Position numbers and translations under genes: made by a program. A stretch of 64,000 nt of DNA from Isurus oxyrinchus. Its lineage: Eukaryota. Below are positions 49,684 to 62,289 of this stretch, piece by piece. The first letter of the stretch is position 1; each line of letters begins with the position of its first letter. The DNA is taken from the NCBI GenBank assembly GCA_026770705.1, contig JANJGN010000018.1, positions 69,626,001-69,690,000 of the forward strand. The letters are read 5' to 3'. The notes beneath the pieces were generated by a model. The model did no database searches, was not told the DNA's origin, and saw nothing but the letters and a program-made list of their open reading frames with translations.

Positions 49684-51601
49684 CAGGGAATTTGGTCCCG
49701 TGGTGCTACTGGTGCAAGTGCAGCAGAAGCCCAGATTTCCAGAAGTGTCGACTGGACTGCTTCCACCCACTTCCAGTGCAGTTCTATGCTGTGCCATGGT
49801 TAAAGGTTAATGTGGGCATGCCGAGCATGTGCTAGGAACATGCAGAGTGGGTGGATTCTGATGTCAAACAATGTCTAACATTGCTCTGGCACACAACTCA
49901 CCATTTTGGACCTTGCAGGTTCTGTTAATTTATTTTAAGCATTACCAGCTGAACATTCATTCAGTAGAGAGAAGGTCTGTGCTATTTATAGTGATTTCCC
50001 AGGGAAATGCTTTTGACTTTGTTTTGCTGCTACTGAGTGAGTGTAAGTACTGTGTACAGTGTTGTTGGAGGAGTTTTGGAAAAGTTTTTGGATCCACAAT
50101 GGAGTGGTGCTAGACTTTGACAAGGGGATCAGAGAAGTTGGAAAGCCTATCAGAAGACAGCCTGCTTTTGGCAATGGCATCTATAGTTGCAGTTCCTCTT
50201 GGGCTGCAGCATGATGGAGAAATGGAGCAAAGGAAGCAAAGAGTTCAGGCAGTGAACAGAGGGAGAAGGTGGTGAGCACTTAACAGAAGGACCTACCCAT
50301 CAAAGGCCTTTACAGAGCACATCTACCTCCACCTCAGCTAGGAGCAGCATCTGAGGTGCCTAAGATTCATCAAGGACATGGTCAGTGGACTATGTCACCT
50401 AGTAAAACCTGATAGCTGCACAGCAGGATGATGTCGCTGTTGCCAGTAGCTGTGATGAATTGAGTCCTGTTCAATTTCTATAGCTGTCTATACCAACAAT
50501 ATCACAGTTCACCATGCATCTATGTACAGGGAGGTGACAGAGACCATATTCACCAGGAGAGGGAAATTAAGTGGGCACATGATTTTGTCAGGCTAGTGAG
50601 AATGGTGCAGAGTGTCATCGACTGCAGACACTTGGCTCTGCAGGCCCCACATATTAAAGGAAGGTGTACCACAACCACAAGGGCTACCACTCCACAAGCA
50701 TGCAGTTTGTGTGACACAATGAACAGAATATCATGTTGGTGAATGCCTGCTATCTTTGCAGTCATCACAAGGCTTTGATCCTGTACCAGTCAACCCTACC
50801 TGCCACTTTCCAGCCAAAATGATGAACCACAGGTTGGCTCCTTTGTGACAAGGGCTACTCATTCTACACTTGGTTCATGATTCCCCTCTGCTACCTGGCC
50901 ACACATGGACATCATGTCTACAATGACAGCCACCAGGAATGTCATTGAGCAAACCATCAGCGTTCCGAACCTACCTGAAACATTTGGGGGAATACTCACT
51001 TGAGCACGTCTCCAAGTTCATGGTAGTCAGCTGTGTCTTTTGCAACCTTGCTCTTATGAGGGTGCAATCCTTACCACTAGGCCTTTGGAAGGCACCTCAG
51101 GAGGAGAAGGGAGAGCAGGAGGAGGAAAAAGGGAAGTGGCATTCAGGAATGTTTTGCTCTGAATGGGCTGTTGGTGATTGGCTACTCAGACTCCAGCTCC
51201 CCTAAAATCTCATCCCCTGTTGACCATTGCCCCATACTCTTCTACCTTACCCTCTGTTATGGGCCAACACATCATCCTCTTGGCCAAAATCTTGAAATAA
51301 AAGATACCATAAAATAATTCCATAGCAACTTTATACAACAACTTCATGTGGGTACCTTTGCTGGACTAGTGCTACCCCAAGTAACCACAGCATGGCTGGT
51401 GGAAGGTTTTCTGACATTAAGTGTGGGAGACTACAGATGACCTGGCAGGGTGCCTAAGAGCAGCTCGAACTTGAGAATTGATGGAAGCAATTCCAGCTGC
51501 CATATTGGGGATGGGTGGGAATTGGGCAGCATGTGGTGCACTGCCATTTTTGACCCACTTTTGCCCTGTTGCTGCCAGGTGAAGACCAAAACATCAGCCC
51601 C
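49684..51601 (+). mobile_element. Fossil Harbinger transposon with HARBI1-like transposase remnant (~50270-51200)
   Basis: EQHLRCLRFIKD, VIDCRH, NHKGYHS, GWLLCDKGY, YNDSH and NVIEQTI motifs across stops/frameshifts; right terminus ...CAGCCC. Confidence 0.78.
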
Positions 51602-54600
51602 TGTGTGAAGAGCAAGCACTAATTCAGTCACAAATGAGTTGCAAAAGCTTTGCAGATTAGCCAGCCCAGGGTCTTATTGTATATTCTATTACACCACTGG
51701 TAACACGTTCAATATGTGCAGCATGCATTAAAACCATAATATCTACTAAACACCAATAGGACTAAAGCTGAAATATGACTCAACGATTTTCTTTAATTGT
51801 TGTGCAAGAAGCAAATGTAATTCTGTACAAGTGATGAATACCTCATGTCTGGTTTTCTGCGTTGTGTTCCAGAATTATTCCTGCACAACTGTGAATGGTT
51901 CAAAGAGTATTTATTTTCATAGCCTTTTTGGACAATATTTCAGAAATAAAAGTCAAATACTGTTTGAAGGCAGATTCTCAAAGACCCAATAGTCTTCTAG
52001 CAACTTTCATCACCATCTTCAAAAAGATTAACGCAGCAAATTTTTTGAGGAAAAGATAGATCTTTAATAATAAAAAGTACGTTGTCTAGATGTTTGTATT
52101 GATCTACACACAACGTGATCTTTCCAGCTTTTGTACATCAATATTAAAAAATGCCATAACAGCTCTTTTTCTAAAGAACCCATTAATCAGCATTTATGAA
52201 CAGAACCTCACTTTCTCAATGAAATTGCACAAGCATGCAAGATTGTTATGTCCAGTGCCTCTGCACCCATAGGCTGGCATAGGTTTTTTGTCCTTATTCA
52301 GTCACAGGGTGTGGGCTTCGTTGGCTGGGCCAGCATTTATTGCCCATCTATAGCTGCCTTGGAAGGTGGTGATGAGCTGCCTTATTGAACTGCTGCAGTC
52401 CCTGTGGTGTAGGTACACCCAGTGTGCTGTTAGGAAACGAGTTCCAGGATTTTGACCCAGTGACAGTGAAGGAACAGCAATATATTTCCAAGTCAGGATG
52501 GTAAGTGGCTTGGAGGGGACCTTGCAGGTGGTGGTGTTCCCATCTATCAGCTGCCTTTGTCCTTCTAGATGGTATTGGTCGTGGATTTGAAAGGTGCTAT
52601 CGAAGGAGCCTTGGTGAATTCCTGCCATGCATCTTGTAGATGGTACACATTGCTGCTGCTGCTGTTCTTCAGTGGTGGAGGGAGTGAATGTTTGTGGATG
52701 TGGTGCCATACAAGTGGACTGCTTTGTCCTGGATGGTGTTAAGCTACTTGAGTGTTGTGGGAGCTGCACTCGTCCAGGCAAGTGGGGAGTATTCCATCAC
52801 ACTCCTGACTTGCGCCTTGTAGATGCTGTACAGGCTTTGGGGAGTCAGGAGGTGAGTTACTCGTTACACTATTCCTAGCCTCTGACCTGCTCTTATAGCC
52901 AGTGTTTATATGGATAGTCCAGTTCAGTTTCTGGTCAATGGTACCCCCCAGGCTGTTGATCGTGGGGGATCCAGCAATGGTAATGACATTGAACATCAAG
53001 AGGTGACGGCTGGATTCTCTCTTGTTGGAGATGGTCATTGCCTGACACTTGTGTGGCGCAAATGTTACTTGCCACTTGTCAGCCCAAGCCTGGATATTGT
53101 CCAGGTCTTGCTGCAATTGGACATGGACTGCTTCAGTATCTGAGGATTCGCAAATGGTGCTGAACATTGTGCAATCATCAGTAAACATCCCCACTTCTGG
53201 CCTTATGATAGAAGGAAAGTCATTGAAGCAGCTGAACATGGTTGGACCTATGACACTGCCCTGAGGAACCCCAGCATTGATGTCCTGGAGCTGAGATGAC
53301 TGACCTCCAACAATCACAGCCGTCTTCCTTTGTGTCAGGTTTGATTCCAACCCGCAGAGAATTTTCCCGATTCCCACTGACTCCAGTTTTGCTAGGGGTG
53401 CCTTGATGCCACATTCTGTCAAATGTTGCCTTGATGTCAAAGGCAGTCACTCCCACCTCGCCTCACCTCGGGAGTCCAGCTCTTTTTCCCCATGTTTGAA
53501 CCAAGACTGTAATGAGGTCAGGAGCTGAGTGACCTTGGCAGAACCCAAACTGGGCATCAATGAGCAGGTTATTGCTAAGCAAGTGCCGCTTGATAGCACT
53601 GTTGATGACCCATTCCATTACTTTACTGATGATCGAGAGTAGACTGATGGGTGGCAATTGGCTGACTTGGCTTTGTCCTGTTTAGTGTGTACAGGACATA
53701 CCTCGGCAATTTTCCACATAGGGTAGATACCAGCATTGTAGCTGCACTGGAACAGCTTGGCTAGGGGCGTGGCAAGTTCTGAAGCACAAGTCTTCAGTAT
53801 TACTGCTGGAATATTGTCAGGGTCCATAGCTTTTGCAGTATCCAGTGCCTTCAGACATTTCTTGATATCACGTGGAGTGAATCTAATTGGCTAAAGACTG
53901 GCATCATGATGCTGGGGATCTTCAGAGGAGGTCGAGATGGATCATCCACTCAGCATGTGGCTGAATGTTGTAGCAAATGCTTCAGCCTTATTTTTTGCAC
54001 TGATGTGCTGGGCTCCTCCATCATTGAGAATGGGGATATTTGTGGAACGTCCTCTCCAGTGAGTTGTTTAATCATCCACCACCATTCACGACTGGATGTG
54101 GCACAACTGCAGAGCTTAGATCTGATCCCTTGGTTGTGGGATCGCTTAGCTCTATCGTTTGCCGCTTATATTGTTTGGCACGCACGCAGCCCTTATAGCT
54201 TCACCAGGTTGGCACCTCCATTTTAGGTATGCCTGGTGCTACTCCTGGCATGCCCTCCTGCACTCTTCATTGAATCAGGGTTGATCCCCAAGTTTGGTAA
54301 TGGTCGAGTAGGGAATATGCCAGGCCATGAGGTTATAGATTGTGTTCGAGTACAATTCTGCTGTGGATGGCCCACAATGCCTCATGGATGCCCAGCCTTG
54401 AGTTGCTAGATCTGTTGGAAATCTATCCCATTTAGCATAGTGGTAGTGCCACACAACATGGAGAGTATCCTCAATGTGAAGGCAGGATTTTGTCTCCACA
54501 ACTGTGCGGCGGTTACTCTTATCAATACTGTCCTGGACAGATGAATCTGTGGTAGGCAGGTTGGTGAAGTCAAGTATGTTTTCTCCTTTTGTTGGTTCCC

Positions 54601-54915
54601 TCACCACCTGCCGCAGATAGCTATGTCCTTTAGGGATCCGTCGATAGTGGTGCTACCAAACCACGCTTGGTGATGGACATTGAAGTCCCCCACACAGTAC
54701 ATTTTGTGTCCTTGCTTCCTCCAAGTGGTGTCCAGCATAAATTAATTAGCTGAGGGAGGGCAGCACATGAAGGTTTCCTTGCTCTTGTTTGACCTGATGC
54801 CATCAGACTTCATGGGGTCCAGAATTGATGTTGAGGACTCCCAGGGCTGTTCCTTCCCTACTGTATAGCATGGTGCTACCATCTCTGCTAGTGAAGACAA
54901 GACAGATGGTGATGG

Positions 54916-57265
54916 CAAAAGCAAAATACTGCGGATGCTGGAAATCTACAGCAAAAACAAAAATACTTGGAAAAACTTAGCAGTTCTGACAGCATCTGCG
55001 GAGAGGGATACAGTTGATGTTTCGAATCCGTTGACCCTTCATCAGAACTAAAAAAATATAGAAATGAGATGAAATATAAGTGGGTAGAGGGGGGTGGGAC
55101 AGGTAGAGCTCGATAGGGGTCCAATGATAGGTGGAGGCCAAGAAGAGACTGCCAAAGATGTCATAGACAAAAGGACAAAGGGGTGTTGACAGTGGTGATA
55201 TTATCTAAAGGATGTGCTAATGGGGACATTAAGGGTAGAAAGCAGGACAAGCTAGTGGCAGGTGGCCTAGGGGTGGGGTAGGGATCAAAATGGGCTAAAA
55301 AGTGGAGATGAAACAATAGATCGAAATATGTTTTAAAATAGGTGGGAAAAGAAAAATATATTTGTTTTAAAAATATTATAAATTATTGGAAAAAGGGAGA
55401 TCAGAAAGGGGGTGGGGATGGAGAAGAGAGTTCATGATCTGAAATTGTTGAACTCAATATTAAGTCCCGAAGACTATAAAGTGTCTAGTCGGAAAATGAA
55501 GTGCTGTTCCTCCTGAGCTTCACTGGAACATTGCAGCAGGCCAAGGTCGGACATGTGGGCATGAGAGCTGGGTGGAGTGTTAAAATGGCAAGCGACAGGG
55601 AGGTCTGGGTCATGCTTGCGGTCAGGCCGAAGGTGTTCTGCAAGGTGGTCACTCAGTCTACGTTTTTGTGTCTCCAATATAGAGGAGGCCGCATTGGGAG
55701 CAGCAAATGCAGTCGACTAAATTGAGGAAAGTGCAAGTGAATGTTTGGGCTCTTGGACAGTGAGGATGGGGGGGGGGAAAGTAAAGGTACACGTGTTGCA
55801 CCTTCTTCGGTTGCATGGGAGGGGGTTGAGGTGTAGGGGGTGATGGAGGAGTGGACAAGGGTATCCTGCAGGGAAAGATCCCTGTGGAAAGCCGCCGGGG
55901 GTGGGGTGGCGAAGGGAAGATGTGTTTGGTGGTGGCATCATGCTGGAGTTGGCAAAAATGGCGGAGGATGATCCTTTGAATGCGGAGGCTGGTGGGGTCA
56001 TAGTCTCCCAACCTCAGACGGCCCACTTCTATCTCCTACCCAAACTCCACAAACAGGAATGTCCCGGCAGACCAATCATGTCAGCCTGTTCCTGCCCCAC
56101 GGAACTCATTTCTTGCTATCTTGACTCTGTTTTCTCTCCCCTTGTCCAGTCTCTTCCCACCAACATCCATGATTCCTCTGACACCCTACATCATATCAAC
56201 AATTTCCAGTTCCCTGGCCCCAACCGCCTCCTCTTCACCACGGACATCCAATCCCTCTACACCTCCATCCCGCACCGGGATGGTCAGGGCTCTCCGCTTC
56301 TTCCTCGAACAGAGGCCCGGACAATCCTCCATCACCCTCTACACCTCAACCCCCTCCCACGGCACCTTCCCATGAAACCGCAGAAGGTGCAACACCTGCC
56401 ACTTTACCAGCACCCCTCCAGCCCCCCACCCTCCCCCACCCCAACCATCCAAGGGCCCAAACACTCGAGTGAAGCAGCACTTCACTTGCACTTCCCTCAA
56501 TTTTTAGTCTACTGCATTCGCTGCTCCCAATGCAGTCTCCTCTACATTGGAGATACCAAACGCAGACTGGGTGACCGCTTTGCAGAACACCTTCGGTCTG
56601 ACCACAAGCATGACCCAGACCTCCCTGTTCCTTGCCATTTCAACACTCCACCCTGATCTCATGCCAACATGTCTGTCCTTGGCCTGCTGCAATGTTCCAG
56701 TGAAGCTCAACGCACACTGGAGGAACAGCACCTCATCTTCTGACTAGGCACTTTACAGTCTTCCGGACTGTTGAAGTTGTTGAACTCAATATTATGAACT
56801 CTCTTCCATCCCCAACCAGTTTCCAAGCCCCCTTTTTCCAATAATTTATCTTTTTTTTTTTTACAAATTTATTTTCTTTGCCCACCTATTTTTAAATTTA
56901 TTTTGATCTATTGTTTCATCTCCACCTTTTAGCCCATTTCAATACCTTCCTATCCCCATCCCCACTAGGGCCATCTGCTGCTAGCTTGTCCTGCTTGCTG
57001 CCCTTAATGTGCCCATTAGCAGATCCTTTAGATAATGTCAACACCCCTTTGTATATGACATCTTTGGCAGTCTCTTCTTGGCCTCCACCTATCACTGGCC
57101 CCCCTGTCGAGCTCTACCTGTCCCCAGCCCCCCCCAGCTTATATTTCATTTCTATATTTTTTTTAGTTCTGATGAAGAGCCATTCGGACTCTAAATGGCA
57201 ACGCTATCCCTCTCCACGGATGCTGTCAGACTTGCTAAGTTTTTCCAGATATCTTTGTTTTTGTT
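54916..57265. mobile_element. PLE tail-out inverted insertion (minus arm 54916-55999, plus arm 56000-57265)
   Basis: Both arms carry EN C-terminus and pseudo-LTR; the plus arm starts with RT N-terminus FYLLPKLHK...GRPIMS. TSD ACAGATGGT(G/A)ATGG at 54902-54915 and 57266-57279. Confidence 0.9.
55012..55049 (-). ncRNA. Minimal hammerhead motif with canonical CUGAUGA core (older PLE subfamily)
   Basis: Reverse complement: AGUU CUGAUGA A GGGUC AACG GAUUC GAAAC AUC AACU. A more decayed sister copy is at 57165-57203 (+). Confidence 0.65.
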
Positions 57266-57749
57266 ACAGATGGTAATGGTGCTGTCTGTAAGATATGCTT
57301 CTGTGAAAATGACCGTCAGGCTGTTGTTTGATTAGTTTGAGAGACAGCTTTCCCACTTTTGTCACCAGTCCCCAGACTAGGGGGCTAAAGAGGACTTTGC
57401 AGGGTCGACAGGGCCATTGTCAGTGCCTACGTTTTATGGCAGGTGGTCCATCCCATGGCATTTGTAGTGGTTTGATACAACTGAGTGGCTTCTAATTGAC
57501 AATGGTTTCATGGTCATCAATCAACTTTCAATTCCAGATTTTTATTGAATTTAAATTCCACCATCTGCTGTGGTTGGATTTGAACCCAGGTCCCCAGAGC
57601 ATTACTTCTGGATTACTAGTCCAGTGATAATACCACGATACCATCACCTCCCCCTATTATTCTGCCTGATATGCTATCATTCTACCTGCATAAGTAGACT
57701 TTACTGGAAAAGCTGGCAAGTATGCTTGTATTTTTGCCATTCCAATTAG

Positions 57750-58140
57750 ATGTCAGCTGTGTCTCAATGGTAGCACCCTAACTTTTGAATCAAACTGTTG
57801 TGGGCTCAAGTATCATTATAGTGACCTGAGCATATAATCTAGGCTGACACTTCGGTGCAATACAGAGGGAGTGCTGCACTGTTGGATGTGCTGCCTTTCG
57901 GTATGAGATGTTAAACCCAGACCTCATCTGTCCCCTCAGCTGGAATTAAAAGGTCCCACAGCATTATTTCAAAGAAGACTGAATTCTTCCCAGTGACCTG
58001 GTAAATATTTATCCCTCAACCAACACCCAAAATCAGATTGTCTGGCCAATACCATGTTGCTGTTTGTGGACAGATTGGTTGCAATGTTCCCTATATTACA
58101 ACAGTCAAAATACTTAATTGACTGTCAAGCACTTTTGGCC
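57750..58140 (+). mobile_element. SacSINE1/Deu-domain tRNA SINE
   Basis: tRNA-like head followed by Deu-domain-like gagggagtgctgcactg...gagatgttaaacc...atttatccctcaa and an L2-type tail. Confidence 0.78.
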
Positions 58141-59200
58141 TTCGGAGGTTCCAGTCATTTTTTTAATCTGAAGAGACTTTGAAAGTTATGTGCAAACTGT
58201 ATACTCAGCATCTTGGCAAAAACAAAATAAAAGTTGTTTATCCATCATTGCACAGAATGGTGGAATCATACAGGAAATTGATGAATTCTATATTATACAA
58301 TAAAGTGGAAATAGATCTATATTTCCTGTACCTTTTTCTATGAAATATCAGTTATGATCATGAAACAACAAGCGAGGTTGTCTAATCAGCCTTTTCAAAG
58401 TAGCCTTTAGACTCATCAACCTTTTATTTGGATACTTGGGCAGCCTGAATTATTGGAAAAAAATACACTCCAACAATTGAGCCATTGTGCCACCATCCTG
58501 ACTGTCACTCCATGTTTGTGATTATGTGGATGTTGGGTCTTGTTTTCCTGTTCTGAAACCTAAACCCAAAGGAAAGCTTCGTTCCACAGAGTATGTACTC
58601 AAGATTCTAGAAAGTTCTCAAAGTTGTGTTCCTAATTGCTGAACACAACTGGGCACTTCTTATACTATCTATAAACTAAGGAATTTTAACTCTTCATTGG
58701 CTTTCATAATAATTGCAACAGAACCATATCTCTAATGCTAAGTTAGACTACAAATATGTACATACACTTGTGAATTGGAGCTTATTAACTAACCATAATC
58801 CACAAGGGACCATAGGCACCTCTTCATTAGAGAGAGAGAGAGAGACAAGTGGTTATATAGCTCAAGGGGCACCACTCACACACCAAGGGTGGGGTGGGGC
58901 AAGGCAAGAAGGTAGGCCTCTGAACTATCATGCTGTATGGGGATTGGACCTGTGCCATTGGCATCATTCTGCACCACACTATAGTTATGTGAGCTAACCG
59001 ACCTCCTTTCCAATGCTACACTAATTTACAGATTGTTTTAATATCAATACAGCATAAACCTTGAGATTAATAAAGTGCAAAATTTCATGTATCTTTATAA
59101 CCCCTTTCCAATGTTTATTTACCCAAGTAACATTATACAAATATATTCCTTCAAATCTCTGAATTATTGATCAAATGTTGTCTTGTAAAACTTAGACTAA

Positions 59201-59720
59201 TGGCAGAATTTACAGGACCCTGCTAGCAGGTTTGCAGGCGGGGGCTGGCAAATTCCCCAGGTGGTTGTCCTGCTACCTACCCACCTGCCCGTGCTGTCTG
59301 CAATTTTGCTGGGGTGGCCCATCCACCCTCACCCCAATTGAGGCTTTTAAGCCAATTAATGAATTAATGGCTACTTTAGGGCCACCTCCCACCCAACTGC
59401 AATTCGAGGCCAGTCAAAGAAATAGGAAAATGCTGGCAAGTTACCCTGCTCTGATCTTTGACAGGAAATTGGGGAGTGCCTCCCTCATGGGACCTCTTTC
59501 CTAACCAGGGGTCCCTCCCCACAAGGGCTGGGTCCTTCCCTGTCAAATGCACCTTGCTCCCACTCCTGGGACTAGAGAGCTGCATGCAAATCTAATTGGC
59601 CAGCAGCTCCTCAAGACAGAACTTCATCTTAAGTTGAGGCGTTGGAGGTCCCACCTCCAGCCAGCCATTGCTCCATGAAGTGTTAAATGGCTGGAGGCCT
59701 GCCAACATCAGCAGGGATGT
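59201..59720. mobile_element. Harbinger-type MITE remnant
   Basis: ggcagaattt terminus; GC-rich body related to 60491-60665 (cccaattgagg...ccaatt). Confidence 0.45.
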
Positions 59721-60109
59721 ATCATCCAAAAAAATGCTGCTCTAAAAATGTTCCTAGACAATTAAAATATTACAGATTAGCGCCACTCATTCATGTGGAA
59801 TGAGGATGAATGTTGGGACAGTTCAGTGCAGCCTTGTAAAATATTTTGCATAAGAATTTATTTCACAATTTTAATTATGTCCTCCTGAGCTGCTGCATGA
59901 AGAATCATCCTTGCCACTCATGCAATCAAATTTACATTTAAGTTTAAAATTCAAAAACTATTCAACTCTCTAAGCTGTGTTTTTTGACTTTGTAAAATTT
60001 TAAGTCTAGAATAACAACCAATTTTTAGCTACAGGACGAAGAATTATTATGGATAATGAATTTGAGTTGTCAGATCAGGGAATTTTGTCTTTCTACTGTT
60101 TGTATAATC

Positions 60110-60455
60110 ACAGGTGCATTCGGTTTTGGGCACAGGACCTCATGAAGGATATATCGACCTTGGAGCGGATGCAGCACTGATTCATCAGAAGGATATCAGA
60201 GCATAGAGGAATACATTTGGAGGACAGATTGCATAAAATTGTAATCTTGGAGCTTAGCACGTTGATGGGCAAATCTAATTAAGGCCTATAAAACTATGAA
60301 GGGATTTGAAAGGGTAGAAACAGATGGAGAAACTATTTTCTCTGGCCGAGGAGTGCAGAAGAGGAGGAATAATCTTCAAATTTCAGCTAGATCATTTAGG
60401 AGTGAAACCGGTAAGCATTTTTTCTCTCACAGCAGTGGAAATATGAAATGCTCTC
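60110..60455 (+). mobile_element. Old CR1 3' fragment
   Basis: Decayed ..LERMQ..F.R and YKTMKGFERV motifs. Confidence 0.6.
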
Positions 60456-60667
60456 CTATGTCAGACAAGGGCCCTCCTACATGAAATATGCAGCAGAATT
60501 TTACGGTCTCTGCCAGTGGATTTGCAGGAAGGGATGGCTCTTAAAATTCCTGGGATGGCCTTCCCACTGGGCTCCCACTCCCCTCGACCTTCCCACAGTT
60601 AAGCTGGGACAGGCTAGGCAAAGGCCAGCTTGCCCTTTCCCCAATTGAGGTCCTTAATTGGCCAATT

Positions 60668-61515
60668 TTTTTTTTTTAAATAATTCATTTACGGGACGTG
60701 GGTGTTGCTGGCTTGGTCAGGACTTATTGCCTATGCCCCTCAGAAAGGAAAAACAGTTGAGCAGTACTCTTATTTCGCAGTTTTTACTGTTTTTCTTTTT
60801 TTGCCTTCTGGGCTAATTGCCCTTGAAGGTTGTGATGAGCAGCTGCCTTGAACTGCTGTGGTCCATGTGGTGTAGGTACACCCACAGTGCTGTTAGGAAG
60901 GGAGTTCCAGGATTTTGACCCAGTGGCAGTGAAGGAACGGCAATATATTTCCAATTCAGGATGGGTGAGTGGCTTGGAGGGGAAATTCCAGGTAGTGGTG
61001 CTCCCAAGCTGCCCTTGACCTTCTAGATGGTCGTGGTCGTAGGTTTGGAAGGTGCAGTCTAAGGGGCCTTGGTGAGTTTCTGCAGTGCATCTTGTAGATG
61101 GTACACACTGCTGCCACTGTGCATTGGTGGTGGAGGGAGTGAATGTTTGTGGATGGGGTGCCAATCAAGCGAGCTGCTTTTGTCCTGGATGGTGTCAAGC
61201 TTCTTGAGTGATGTTAGAGTTGCACTCATCCAGGCAAGTGGAGAGTATTCCAGCACACTCCTGACTTGTGCCTTTGTAGATGGTGGGCAGGCTTTGGGGA
61301 GTCAAAAGGTGAGTTACTCGCTGAAGGATTCTTAGTCTCTGACCTGCTCTTGTAGTACTTGTATGGCAAGTCTAGTTCAATTTCTTGTCAATGGTAACCC
61401 CCAGGATGTTGATAGTGGAAGATTCAGTGATGGTAATGCCTTTGAATATCAAGGGGTGATGGTTAGATTCTCTTGTTGGAGATGGTCATTGCCTGGCACT
61501 TGTATGGCACTTGCC
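60668..61515 (-). mobile_element. Family-B LINE 3' fragment inserted in a MITE (MITE pieces ~60491-60665 and ~61520-61731)
   Basis: LEYSPLAWMS, IHSLHHQCTVAAVCTIYKMHC; polyA tail as a T-run at 60666-60677. Confidence 0.85.
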
Positions 61516-62289
61516 ACTCAAGGACCGTTTCCCACCCAGCCTTAGTTTTCAGGCTGGCAGGAGGAGTTCAGGGGCAGCAGGGAAGCCTGGGAAGTGACCA
61601 TACTCAGACCTTGGGCTGGAGCAATCCTTGGAGAGTTAAGTAGCTGCAGGGCAGTCAGTCTTGGCAGGGATGTGGGCTGCTGACGCTTAGGATGGTGGGG
61701 TTTCCCTTTCCGCCATCCAAAAAATCCTGGCCATGAAGTGGTATGTGACCCAGTACCAGTTTCAGGTTACTGCTGCATGGTTTATGCTGGCTGGCATCAT
61801 TTAAAATTGACCCCAAATGAACCCCGTCTGAGAAGATGAATGGAGTTTCACAAAAGTACATGGCAAAGTAGGTAGCGACAGGAAAACCAAGGTAGCACAA
61901 TACCCCATTTTTAAAAGCAATAATAACTAAATAAGCTTGTCCTATTTAACATCCTTCTGCCTCCAGGGTAGTACCGTCCAACACTGGATGTTAGCTTTAT
62001 TCTGGCATGATTTAAGATGCACTATAAATAAAAAAGAAATAGGATGTCTGATGCCACCATGTCCTTGCCCCATGATTTATCTTTGACCACGGAAAAGCAG
62101 TTGGATGTTTCTGCCACCTGTTGGAAGTAAAGGCAGCAAATCAGGTGATACTGAAGGGTGGGGAATACAGTTTGACAACCCAAATCAAGCTGGCATAATA
62201 TCCAAGCTGTAATGTTATAGTCGGTGAACGTTTCTGTTGATCTTAAACCAATTTGCAAAGGTGAGCTTACTGGCTAACTTTTCCATGAG

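Larger units (their letters stand above)
52295..57654 (-). mobile_element. Family-B LINE, full-length ends (~3 kb excluding the nested PLE), tRNA head, no ORF1
   Basis: tRNA head at 57540-57654 (GGTTCAAATCC B box); APE start GLVTKVGKLSLKLIKQQPD at ~57315-57375; APE and RT remnants at 52600-54900; 3' UTR at 52295. Confidence 0.88.

Noticed and set aside
55901-56656. 251-aa ORF as a real gene
   Set aside because: Chimera crossing the inversion junction (~56000), frameshifts and an internal deletion of a PLE.
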